Virus record (IMG/VR): IMGVR_UViG_3300023184_008416
Coordinates: 32,001-96,000 of that record
Strand: one strand, 5' to 3'
From: a virus
Length of the DNA stretch: 64,000 nt
A program made the position numbers and the translations under genes. The notes under the pieces were generated by a model that was given only the letters and a program-made list of their open reading frames with translations, searched no databases and was not told where the DNA came from. Below, piece after piece: positions 36,756 through 45,005 of the stretch (its first letter is position 1; each line of letters opens with the position of its first letter).

Positions 36756-38729
36756 ATGAGCAAACAACTTTACGAGGAGGCCCTGGCAGAAGTTCGCCAG
36801 CTAAAACAACTGGCTGAAGACAACGCCAAAAAAGCCATCATAGACGAAGTGACGCCAAGAATTCGTGCGCTCATTGAGTCTCAACTTGTCGGTGAAACAA
36901 CCGTCGAAGAAACAGACGAAAGCGCCAACACAGAAGAAAGCGTTTCTGAAGAGACAGAAGAGACTGCGGCGGAAGGCAAGGATGATTCATCTTTGTCTGA
37001 AGATCTTTCTGAGAACAAGAAAAAAGTCCTTGAATTAAGACACCTTGTTTTCAAATTAGGTCGCAAAGTTAATTCACTAAAACTTGTTGAACCCAGTTTA
37101 TTCGCATCTCGCAAAGAAGGCCTTGCCGAAGCGTTAAAGACGACATATGTTCTGACCCAGGAGTCAGTGACCGATGAAACGGTCAAAAATTTGTTACAGG
37201 AAAGATTAGATACATACTACAGAACCTTACTTCAACAGGAGCCACAGATGATTTCCAGAAAAAATCGCCTCAACGAAGCAGACCTCAACGTCAAAATCAA
37301 AGGATTTTCTGACGAAGCAATTTCAAGCGATGAACTCGACAAATTAAGCGTTGAAATTGTTCCTGATACGGACGAGGCAGAGGACGACGAAGAGGCCGGT
37401 GGCGAAGAGGAAGAGTCTAATGACGAAGACCTCCTCGGCGGTGAAGAGTCTGGCGAAGAAAAATCAGGCGAAGAAGGATCTGATGAAAAAGACTTATTTG
37501 GTTCTGATGAAGAACCTGAAGAGAAAGAAACAAAATTGGAGGGTAGAAGAATGAATGGAATTGCGATGCTCAAAAACGACACAGTTGTCGAAATAGACGA
37601 GGGCATGCTGCGTCGGGAGATCGCACGCATGAAGGCTCTCCGTGAAGGTAAAGTCGAAGGCAAATCAGTTGCTGGCAAGAAAATGACTCCCGGAGTCCTC
37701 TCGGCTTTCGGTGGCGGTCACGACGAAGGTGATGCTTGGCTCGATGGTAAGGTCACAACAGAAGGTCTTGATGAAGACATGATGGACGAGAGTGACGATC
37801 TTGAAGAAGCCGATGAAGTGGACGAAGTTTATGAAGTCCATGGAATGGAAGAAGGCGACGAACTTGATGAACTTGTCAAAGAACTTACTTCTGGCCACGA
37901 AGACGAAGCTCACAAAGTTGACCACGAACCCGAAACTCACAAAGTTGATGACGAAGACGAAGACGAAGCTCACTCCATGGATCCACATGGCGTTCACTCG
38001 GCTGAAGGGCTTGATGAGTACGGCATGGATGAGGATGAAGAGGTTGATGAGGATGAAGAGAAAGAAGTTGCTGAATCTGGCACAGAAAAGTCTGAAGGCG
38101 CCGGACGCCGCCGTGGCGATGCAATTGGACAAAATGTAGCCGATCAGCATCCTTCAATGACAGAATCTCGCCGCAAGCTTGGTCGTGTTCTCGAGACACG
38201 TAAGGCCTCGGCTCATAAAGCCCAGAAGGCACGCCGCATCATGGAAGCTGCCCGTAAGGTCGGTAACAAGGCTGCGTTCCTCAAGGCGAAGAAAGTTTAC
38301 ACAGAGGCCGCTACGACATATGCTCGTGCAACCAAGGCCGCGAGGGTCCTCTCAGAGTCCCTCAAACGCAGCTCCAATAGCCGCGTTGTCGCAGAAACAG
38401 CGACACTCCGCAAACAGTTGGCAGAAACAAATCTGTTCAACGCCAAGCTACTCTACACCAATAAGCTGCTCCAGAACGAGTCCATGACGCCACGTCAAAA
38501 GGTCTCGATCATCGAGAAACTCGATGAAGCTCGCAGCCTACGTGAGGCAAAGCTTGTCTACGAGAGCCTGATGCGTACCATCTCATCAGGTAAGGATCGC
38601 GTCAATGAAGGCGCCGATCGTCAGGTGTTAGGTTCAGCCTCACGTGCAACCAGGCCAGCCTCCACCGTGTCGCTCAACGAGGGCATTGAGGCATCTCGCT
38701 GGGCCAAACTCGCCGGCATCGTCAAGTGA
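36756..38729 (+). CDS. Prohead scaffold/core protein (gp22-like)
   Basis: Immediately upstream of the capsid gene; acidic middle; C-terminal LFNAKLLYTNKLL..RWAKLAGI helix; AGGA RBS before ATG 36756. Confidence 0.75.
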   Translation: MSKQLYEEALAEVRQLKQLAEDNAKKAIIDEVTPRIRALIESQLVGETTVEETDESANTEESVSEETEETAAEGKDDSSLSEDLSENKKKVLELRHLVFKLGRKVNSLKLVEPSLFASRKEGLAEALKTTYVLTQESVTDETVKNLLQERLDTYYRTLLQQEPQMISRKNRLNEADLNVKIKGFSDEAISSDELDKLSVEIVPDTDEAEDDEEAGGEEEESNDEDLLGGEESGEEKSGEEGSDEKDLFGSDEEPEEKETKLEGRRMNGIAMLKNDTVVEIDEGMLRREIARMKALREGKVEGKSVAGKKMTPGVLSAFGGGHDEGDAWLDGKVTTEGLDEDMMDESDDLEEADEVDEVYEVHGMEEGDELDELVKELTSGHEDEAHKVDHEPETHKVDDEDEDEAHSMDPHGVHSAEGLDEYGMDEDEEVDEDEEKEVAESGTEKSEGAGRRRGDAIGQNVADQHPSMTESRRKLGRVLETRKASAHKAQKARRIMEAARKVGNKAAFLKAKKVYTEAATTYARATKAARVLSESLKRSSNSRVVAETATLRKQLAETNLFNAKLLYTNKLLQNESMTPRQKVSIIEKLDEARSLREAKLVYESLMRTISSGKDRVNEGADRQVLGSASRATRPASTVSLNEGIEASRWAKLAGIVK

Positions 38730-38779
38730 TTGATACGGCACAGATTTTTTAACACATCAACTTTATTGGAGAACAACAA

Positions 38780-40681
38780 ATGAAATCATTTTCACTAGAT
38801 CAACTCGCGGAAGGCATCCGCGATCGTAACGTCGGCGCTGAACGCAGCCGACTCATTGAAAAGTGGAGCCGCACAGGCCTCCTCCGCGGACTCGACGGCT
38901 TCAAGCGCGAAGCAATGTCGCAACTCCTCGAAAATCAGGCAGCACAGGTCCTCAAGGAGAGCAACAGCCTCTCCACCGGCGGTGGCAGCGTTGCCTCCTC
39001 CGGCCAGATCCAAGGCTTCACCAACATCGCTTTCCCAATCGTTCGCCGCGTCTTCGGTGGCCTCGTTGCCAACGAACTCGTCTCGATCCAACCAATGAGC
39101 CTCCCAAGCGGACTCATCTTCTACATCGACTACACCTACGGCAGTAACAAGGGTGGCGATGCAGGTGATCTCCTCTCTAACTCGGCTACATACGAGACAT
39201 ACACCCGCGGACAGTCCATCTACAACAACCCAACCGGCCGCGGCGTGCAGTCTGGTTCGTTGGCAACAGGTGGTATGTACGACCTCGTCAATGTTGGTTA
39301 CAGCAAGGTTCACAAGGCCTCGCTCGCCATCTCCGCTTCCAACGCTGATATCGGTGCTTGGAAGGGTGCCGATGGAACAACCTGGGCAGCTGCTGCAGCA
39401 GTTGCAACTCAGCTTGATCTCAGCGGCAGCAACGCTCGCTTCCTCAACTTCGACCCACAGGTCGACACAGACGTCACACAAAATCTTCTCGACGTTTGCT
39501 TCGTCCACGTTCCAACCTCCGCCATCGCGGCCGTCGTTCCAAACGCCGACCTCCTCGCGGTGGAAAATGCTGCTCTCTTTGGTTTCACATCAAACGGAAA
39601 CGCAGCTGCTTGGGGCGAGACATATCAAGGTGGAACAGGCGTCCTCAACCTTCGCCGTCTCACCAAGCGTGGTAACTGGACAGGTTCGGTCTTCACACCA
39701 GACCAACTCAACGGTTCTCACTATCAGTTCGTTGTGAAGCTCTCTAATGGCGGATCGGTTCCATCCGTTGGAACTGCTGCACTCACCGGCTCCTTCGCAA
39801 TTGCTGATAACGTAACAGCAACCTCTGGCGGTACAGGTTCAACTCTCACAGTGCCTTCCTTTGAGTCTGACTTCGGTGCAACCCCATCGCCAGCAATCCC
39901 AGAGATCGACATCAAGATCGAGTCAATCGCCATCACAGCTCAGACCCGTAAGCTCCGTGCTCGTTGGTCGCCAGAGCTCGCACAGGATCTCAACGCTTAC
40001 CACAGCCTCGACGCTGAGGTGGAGCTCACCTCGATCCTCTCGGAGCAAATTGCCCTCGAGATCGATCGCGAGATCCTCAACGACCTCCTCGCAACCGCCA
40101 ACGGCGCGAACTACTACTGGTCTCGTGCACCAGGCAAGTTCGTCAACAAAACAACCGGTGCTCAAATCTCGTTAGCTTCCAGCTTCCAGATTGGTCCACA
40201 ATTCACCGGTACTGTCCGCGAATGGTACGAGACCCTCATCGAAACAATCATCGACGTGGCAAACTCCATCCACCGCAAGACCCTCCGCGGATCCGCGAAC
40301 TTCATGGTCACAAGCCCTGACATCGCAACAATCCTCGAGAGCTCCGTCCTCTACAAGCCCAAGTACACACTCGACGGCGAGGGCCAGGTCGGATCACCAT
40401 TCACCATCGGCGCAGAACAAATCGGTACCCTTAGCAACCGCTTCACCGTCTACAAAGATCCTTACTTCATCCGTAACAAGATCCTCGTCGGCTACAAAGG
40501 CGGCTCCTACCTCGAGACCGGCTACGTCTACGCTCCTTACGTGCCACTCATCGTGACACCAACCATCTTCGCACCAGAGGATTTCACACCCCGCAAGGGC
40601 GTCATGACTCGCTATGGTAAGAAAATGGTGAGATCAGATTTTTACGGCACGGTGACTTGTTTAGACATGAATATCATATAA
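38780..40681 (+). CDS. Major capsid protein (T4 gp23-like)
   Basis: LLENQ, AFPIVRRVF, VSIQPMSLPSGLIF, TRKLRARWSPELAQDL, EIDREI, YAPYVPL, GVMTRYG; strong codon bias. Confidence 0.95.
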   Translation: MKSFSLDQLAEGIRDRNVGAERSRLIEKWSRTGLLRGLDGFKREAMSQLLENQAAQVLKESNSLSTGGGSVASSGQIQGFTNIAFPIVRRVFGGLVANELVSIQPMSLPSGLIFYIDYTYGSNKGGDAGDLLSNSATYETYTRGQSIYNNPTGRGVQSGSLATGGMYDLVNVGYSKVHKASLAISASNADIGAWKGADGTTWAAAAAVATQLDLSGSNARFLNFDPQVDTDVTQNLLDVCFVHVPTSAIAAVVPNADLLAVENAALFGFTSNGNAAAWGETYQGGTGVLNLRRLTKRGNWTGSVFTPDQLNGSHYQFVVKLSNGGSVPSVGTAALTGSFAIADNVTATSGGTGSTLTVPSFESDFGATPSPAIPEIDIKIESIAITAQTRKLRARWSPELAQDLNAYHSLDAEVELTSILSEQIALEIDREILNDLLATANGANYYWSRAPGKFVNKTTGAQISLASSFQIGPQFTGTVREWYETLIETIIDVANSIHRKTLRGSANFMVTSPDIATILESSVLYKPKYTLDGEGQVGSPFTIGAEQIGTLSNRFTVYKDPYFIRNKILVGYKGGSYLETGYVYAPYVPLIVTPTIFAPEDFTPRKGVMTRYGKKMVRSDFYGTVTCLDMNII

Positions 40682-40705
40682 TCACAAACTACCAAGTTTG
40701 AGCGG

Positions 40706-40736
40706 AAAGGCCTTCGAAAGAGGGCCTTTTTGCTTT
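40706..40736 (+). terminator. Rho-independent terminator after the capsid gene
   Basis: AAAGGCCTTC-GAAA-GAGGGCCTTTTT. Confidence 0.85.
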
Positions 40737-40785
40737 TCTGCTGTTTGTTTTTTACAATTCGCTAATTACCATGTATTTTTAAATC

Positions 40786-41646
40786 ATGATTACATGCAAA
40801 GAATGTGGTTGCGAATGTTCGGCTCAGAATGCTTTAGGATATCACTTACGATCTCATGGTCTGTCATATCCTGACTATGTTGTCAAACACGAATACGATA
40901 ATGTTTGGCCTCATTGTCATTGTGGAATAAAACTTCATTATAAGAAAGGAGGCTTTTCTCGTTTCTGTTCTAAGTCTTGTGCAGTGAGTGGAACCAATAA
41001 TCCAATGTCAGGAAAGATTGGAGATAAATCTCCGAATTATGGATTGAAAAGAACCAAAGAACAATTAAAGCATTATTCTGAAGGTTCCAAGAAGCGATGG
41101 CAGATTCATGGTAATAAGCTTCGAGAGATGATGCAGACATCGGAATACAGAGAAGCTCAATCAAAATCAAACAAAATTTCCTATGCAACTTCAGATAGAG
41201 CCAAAAGAACATCAGAATCAGTCAACCGTTTCTGGGCCGAATCACCTTTGGCCCCTGTTCTTCGTGAGGAAGCATCACAACGAGCGATTAAGTTACTTTC
41301 AGAAAACAAGATTGGACCACAGGCACCATTCAAACGTGAGACTTTGATTAATCCATGGACAGGCGAAGAAGAGCACATGCATTCATCATGGGAGTCTATC
41401 TTTTTCCAGTCGTGCATTTCAAGAAGATATGAAGTGACTAAGAATCATGGAATAACGATTCCATATAGGCATCCAGATGGAACGACTAGAAACTATATTC
41501 CTGATTTCTTTGGGAAGGAAGACAGGGTGTTGTACGAGATGAAGGGACGACATGATGAAGTCGATGAAGCTAAATGGTTAGCAGCACAGGAATATTGCGA
41601 CAGAATGGGTTGGGGATTTGTGGTGATGTTGTCTCCTGAAATTTGA
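40786..41646 (+). CDS. Putative homing endonuclease (C2H2 Zn finger + TnsA-like PD-(D/E)xK)
   Basis: CKEC..HLRSH, FCSKSC, NUMOD-like NPMSGK..NYG; C-terminal HSSWE..YIPDF..YEMKG. Confidence 0.7.
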   Translation: MITCKECGCECSAQNALGYHLRSHGLSYPDYVVKHEYDNVWPHCHCGIKLHYKKGGFSRFCSKSCAVSGTNNPMSGKIGDKSPNYGLKRTKEQLKHYSEGSKKRWQIHGNKLREMMQTSEYREAQSKSNKISYATSDRAKRTSESVNRFWAESPLAPVLREEASQRAIKLLSENKIGPQAPFKRETLINPWTGEEEHMHSSWESIFFQSCISRRYEVTKNHGITIPYRHPDGTTRNYIPDFFGKEDRVLYEMKGRHDEVDEAKWLAAQEYCDRMGWGFVVMLSPEI

Positions 41647-41701
41647 TTATTACAACCCCAGATTTGTTGATACTATATAGTCCATATAAGGGTGTAATGA
41701 C

Positions 41702-43132
41702 ATGGACTGTAGGTTATGCGACTTTCGACACGATGACGCAAAGAAGCTGACCAATCACATCAGATCCGAACATGGATTGTCTTCTGAGGACTACACGGTA
41801 AGGGTTTATCATGATGGAATAAAGCCTGTCTGTAGGGAATGTCAAGCTCCTGTTAGGTATGTTTCTTTCTCTTTCAAGGCTTTCTGTAAGGATCATTCGT
41901 ACCTTGCCATGAAGGAAGGTGGATCTCGTGGTGGAAAAGCAGGGGCGTGGAATCGGGGATTGACGAAGGAAACAAATTTACGTATTAAAGAACAATCACT
42001 TAAAATGACGGGAGTTGGTAATCATTTTTATGGTCGTCAACATTCTCGAGATGCCTTACAAAAAATTAGCTTAAGTAAGTTATTGACAACATCATCTTTG
42101 CAAGAAAGATTATTTTCAAGGCAAAAAGAATTCAAATTAGTAACCTCAATTGATGATTACAAATCAAGGCAAGATCAGTATCTGTCATTTGAGTGTTTGA
42201 TTTGTGGTGAGATACAACCCAAGACATTACAAGCCTTTGAAAGAGGTAGTAGGTGTTATCGTTGTTACCCGGTTGGTAAATCCAATTGGGAATTAGATGT
42301 ATTTTCTTATGTTCAGATAAATGTTCCAGATGCAGTATCAGGAGACAAGAAGATTATTTCTCCGAAGGAGATTGACATTTATGTTCCTTCCAAAAAATTT
42401 GGAATTGAATGTCACGGATTGTATTGGCACAGTGAAGGAGCCAAACAAGATGAAATCTTTGACAAGAACAAACATTTAGATAAGTTCGTGTTGGCTTCCA
42501 ACAAAGGAATAAAGTTATTGCAGATATTTGAGGATGAGTGGAGAGACAAGAGAGAGATCTGTGAATCTATGATTCTTCATCGTTTAGGATTGAGCCAGCA
42601 TCGATGTAAGACATGGTCAACAAAAGTTGCAGAGTTGAGTACGAAAGAGCAAAGAGACTTCTTTGATTCTACGCATATCTCGGGTTACGTTCCATCAAAG
42701 ATCGTATGGGGATTGAAAGACAGGACTGGCAAAGTTGTAGCAGGATTGTCGTTGCGTGTTCCTCGTCATGGTAAGAAGTATGAAAGTTTTTTGGAGATAG
42801 CTCGATTTAGTACTGCTTTAAAAACATCTGTTCCTGGTGGTTTGTCTAAGTTATTAAAACGAGCAAAATCTTGGTGTGTTGAAAATGGATACAAGGGTAT
42901 CATGACTTATGTGGATAAACGTGTGGGTGAAGGAAATGGTTACAAATCTGCAGGATTTAAGCTAAGTGGATCGACATCCGCCGATTATTGGTACACCGAT
43001 AATCATTTACGTTATGACAGATTTAAATTCCGCGCCCAAAACGGCAAATCAGAAAAACAAATTGTTTCTGATGCCAAAGTTTCCAGGATTTATGGTTGTG
43101 GATCGCTGGTATTAATTTGCGAAATTTTATGA
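41702..43132 (+). CDS. Hef-like putative homing endonuclease (Zn finger + Vsr/DUF559-like + GNAT-like C domain)
   Basis: CRLC..HIRSEH; AWNRGLTKET; EIDIYVPSKKFGIECHGLYWHSE; LQIFEDEW; EIARF..GGLSKLL..TYVDKR..GNGYKSAGF. Confidence 0.75.
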   Translation: MDCRLCDFRHDDAKKLTNHIRSEHGLSSEDYTVRVYHDGIKPVCRECQAPVRYVSFSFKAFCKDHSYLAMKEGGSRGGKAGAWNRGLTKETNLRIKEQSLKMTGVGNHFYGRQHSRDALQKISLSKLLTTSSLQERLFSRQKEFKLVTSIDDYKSRQDQYLSFECLICGEIQPKTLQAFERGSRCYRCYPVGKSNWELDVFSYVQINVPDAVSGDKKIISPKEIDIYVPSKKFGIECHGLYWHSEGAKQDEIFDKNKHLDKFVLASNKGIKLLQIFEDEWRDKREICESMILHRLGLSQHRCKTWSTKVAELSTKEQRDFFDSTHISGYVPSKIVWGLKDRTGKVVAGLSLRVPRHGKKYESFLEIARFSTALKTSVPGGLSKLLKRAKSWCVENGYKGIMTYVDKRVGEGNGYKSAGFKLSGSTSADYWYTDNHLRYDRFKFRAQNGKSEKQIVSDAKVSRIYGCGSLVLICEIL

Positions 43133-43223
43133 TACTTAATATTTTTATTTATGAATTACAATGACAAATTTATATTTATGAATTGATAACTTCACATTGA
43201 AGTTATGTATGAAGGAGAGCAAG

Positions 43224-43778
43224 ATGACGACTGTAAAAATTAATGATGTTGTTGGGTTACAGGTTTCTCAGGTGGGTTCTGGCGTCGAAATTTCAAGTCC
43301 GTTGTCTACAACGGGAAACGCCACGATTACAAGTGACCTGTCTGTTGGAGGAAACACCACTCTCAGCGGCACCTACCTCACGATGGCCGGCGTCACTCAG
43401 ACAGGCGACCGCCGTGCGATCATCGGGAGCGGTCTCGTACTCACTTCAGCAGAGAGCGGAGCCGTTCTCATACCTGGAGGGTCTGCTCAGACGTTCACGC
43501 TTCCTGCCCCCGCTCAAGGACTTCGCTTCAAGATGTATGCTGCCACCGCTGCAGCCCATAAGATCCAGGTTCCCGCCGGGTCCGCAAAGATCTACGGCAA
43601 TGCCATCAACACGAATAACGGAGCCGCCTCCGCGGCCGAAGGTCAACAGGTCACGGCTGCAATATCCGTTGCTTTCGGTGTTGCTTATCAGACAGGTGAT
43701 TTCATGGAAGTCGTCTGCAACGGCACCCACTGGTTCCTCCATGCGGTGACCAATGATCCGCTTACGATTGCAACATGA
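43224..43778 (+). CDS. Putative virion decoration/fibre protein
   Basis: AAGGAG RBS; GC-rich, C-ending codons as in the capsid gene; TFTLPAPAQGLRF..VVCNGTHW beta domain. Confidence 0.55.
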   Translation: MTTVKINDVVGLQVSQVGSGVEISSPLSTTGNATITSDLSVGGNTTLSGTYLTMAGVTQTGDRRAIIGSGLVLTSAESGAVLIPGGSAQTFTLPAPAQGLRFKMYAATAAAHKIQVPAGSAKIYGNAINTNNGAASAAEGQQVTAAISVAFGVAYQTGDFMEVVCNGTHWFLHAVTNDPLTIAT

Positions 43779-43780
43779 TT

Positions 43781-43808
43781 TTGACTGTTGTAAAGATTGA
43801 AGTATAAT
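43781..43808 (+). promoter_or_regulatory. Putative sigma70 promoter of the HNH gene
   Basis: TTGACT-N16-TATAAT; implies the in-frame GTG at 43815 is the start. Confidence 0.55.
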
Positions 43809-44171
43809 GTTGTTGTGAAGCGTCGCAGACATGGTCAGGACAAGTTACTCAAGGATCGGTGTGAGGTTTGTGGGTATGACCGGTCTGCGGCGTTGAACGT
43901 TCATCACATCATTCCGCGGTGTGATCCTCGGTGTACCAATAACAACGAGAATTTGGCGGTATTGTGTCATTCGTGCCATGACCTGGTACATGCCGGTGAG
44001 ATCACGATAATAGGTGTGTATTCATCTACGGCCGGTAGAAAATTATTGTGGTTTAAAGAAGGGGAAATACCTCCAATAGAAAAAGAATTTTGGTTGGTCA
44101 AGGAGAATCCACTGGTGATACGAGGTAAAGTCACGCCGCACCGGTCAGATCGTGGTGAAAATAATTTATAA
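43797..44171 (+). CDS. HNH endonuclease
   Basis: CEVCG..VHHIIPR..NNNENLAVLCHSCHDLVH. Confidence 0.88.
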   Translation: MKYNVVVKRRRHGQDKLLKDRCEVCGYDRSAALNVHHIIPRCDPRCTNNNENLAVLCHSCHDLVHAGEITIIGVYSSTAGRKLLWFKEGEIPPIEKEFWLVKENPLVIRGKVTPHRSDRGENNL

Positions 44172-44223
44172 ATTCGTTGTTGATTTTGTCTAGATTCGCC
44201 TACCTAATTTTAGGAGGTGGATT

Positions 44224-44436
44224 ATGGATCCCGTCCTTAAACCAACGTCTGTTGGTTCAATGTTGTTTCAATTGAAGTCTGAGTTAGAGGTTATCTCTCG
44301 GTCTGTGCAGGTGTGGAGGCAGATGGGAGTGAATGGCACTGGGTTGATGCCCATATCTGTTTTGCCGATGGAGGCAAAATTGAACAAGGTGATTTCTGAG
44401 ATTGATGAAATGATACGTCTTGTTTCTAAGATATGA
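44224..44436 (+). CDS. Hypothetical protein
   Basis: Strong AGGAGG RBS; 70 aa. Confidence 0.6.
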   Translation: MDPVLKPTSVGSMLFQLKSELEVISRSVQVWRQMGVNGTGLMPISVLPMEAKLNKVISEIDEMIRLVSKI

Positions 44437-44474
44437 TCTGTGGATAATTTGATATTCTTTTAATAATTAGAATA

Positions 44475-44846
44475 GTGTCAAAGCGCAGCAAACAAGACGT
44501 TTTATTGCAAGACCTAGAATCTCAGATTCTGTTGCGTCAAGTTATACGTGAGCAGATTGTTACCTTGTCAGAAATTAAAGGGAAAATACGACCAATTGAT
44601 CCAAAACAAAAACCAGGATTTGAACAATTGGACGTCAATCCAAAAACGTTCGATGCTAAAAAGTTGGCTATGATATTAGGGTTTCCAACGTCCAAGATTG
44701 ATTCAATAACCAAAAAAGCAGAACAGGGTTCAAAAAGATCTCCTGATGACAATGCTCTTTATGCTGATTTGTTGATTAAGGCGATTGAATCACCTAAAGT
44801 TCTTTCGCAAGTTATGGCTATTTTTAAAAAGGTTAAACCGTTTTAA
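44475..44846 (+). CDS. Hypothetical protein (possible head-internal protein)
   Basis: LLRQVIREQIVTLSE motif; ATAATTAG upstream. Confidence 0.55.
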   Translation: MSKRSKQDVLLQDLESQILLRQVIREQIVTLSEIKGKIRPIDPKQKPGFEQLDVNPKTFDAKKLAMILGFPTSKIDSITKKAEQGSKRSPDDNALYADLLIKAIESPKVLSQVMAIFKKVKPF

Positions 44847-45005
44847 TAACAGTTAAAGTTAATTCATTTATTGAATGTTGTTGTAGAATGACCGGAATTG
44901 TCCTATATAATTTGGACACGGCGTTCAATGAGTTTACATATTAATTTAGGTTTGTCAAACATCTTTTATTGTATCCCGTTATTGGGTATAATGGTGGGTT
45001 GAGAC

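Noticed and set aside
36881-40556. Many alternative-frame and antisense ORFs over the scaffold and capsid genes
   Set aside because: Shadow ORFs expected from biased, GC-rich codon usage; no recognisable motifs.
44909-44932. GGACACGGCGTTCAAT as a tRNA/tmRNA T-arm
   Set aside because: No complementary T stem, acceptor stem or cloverleaf could be built.
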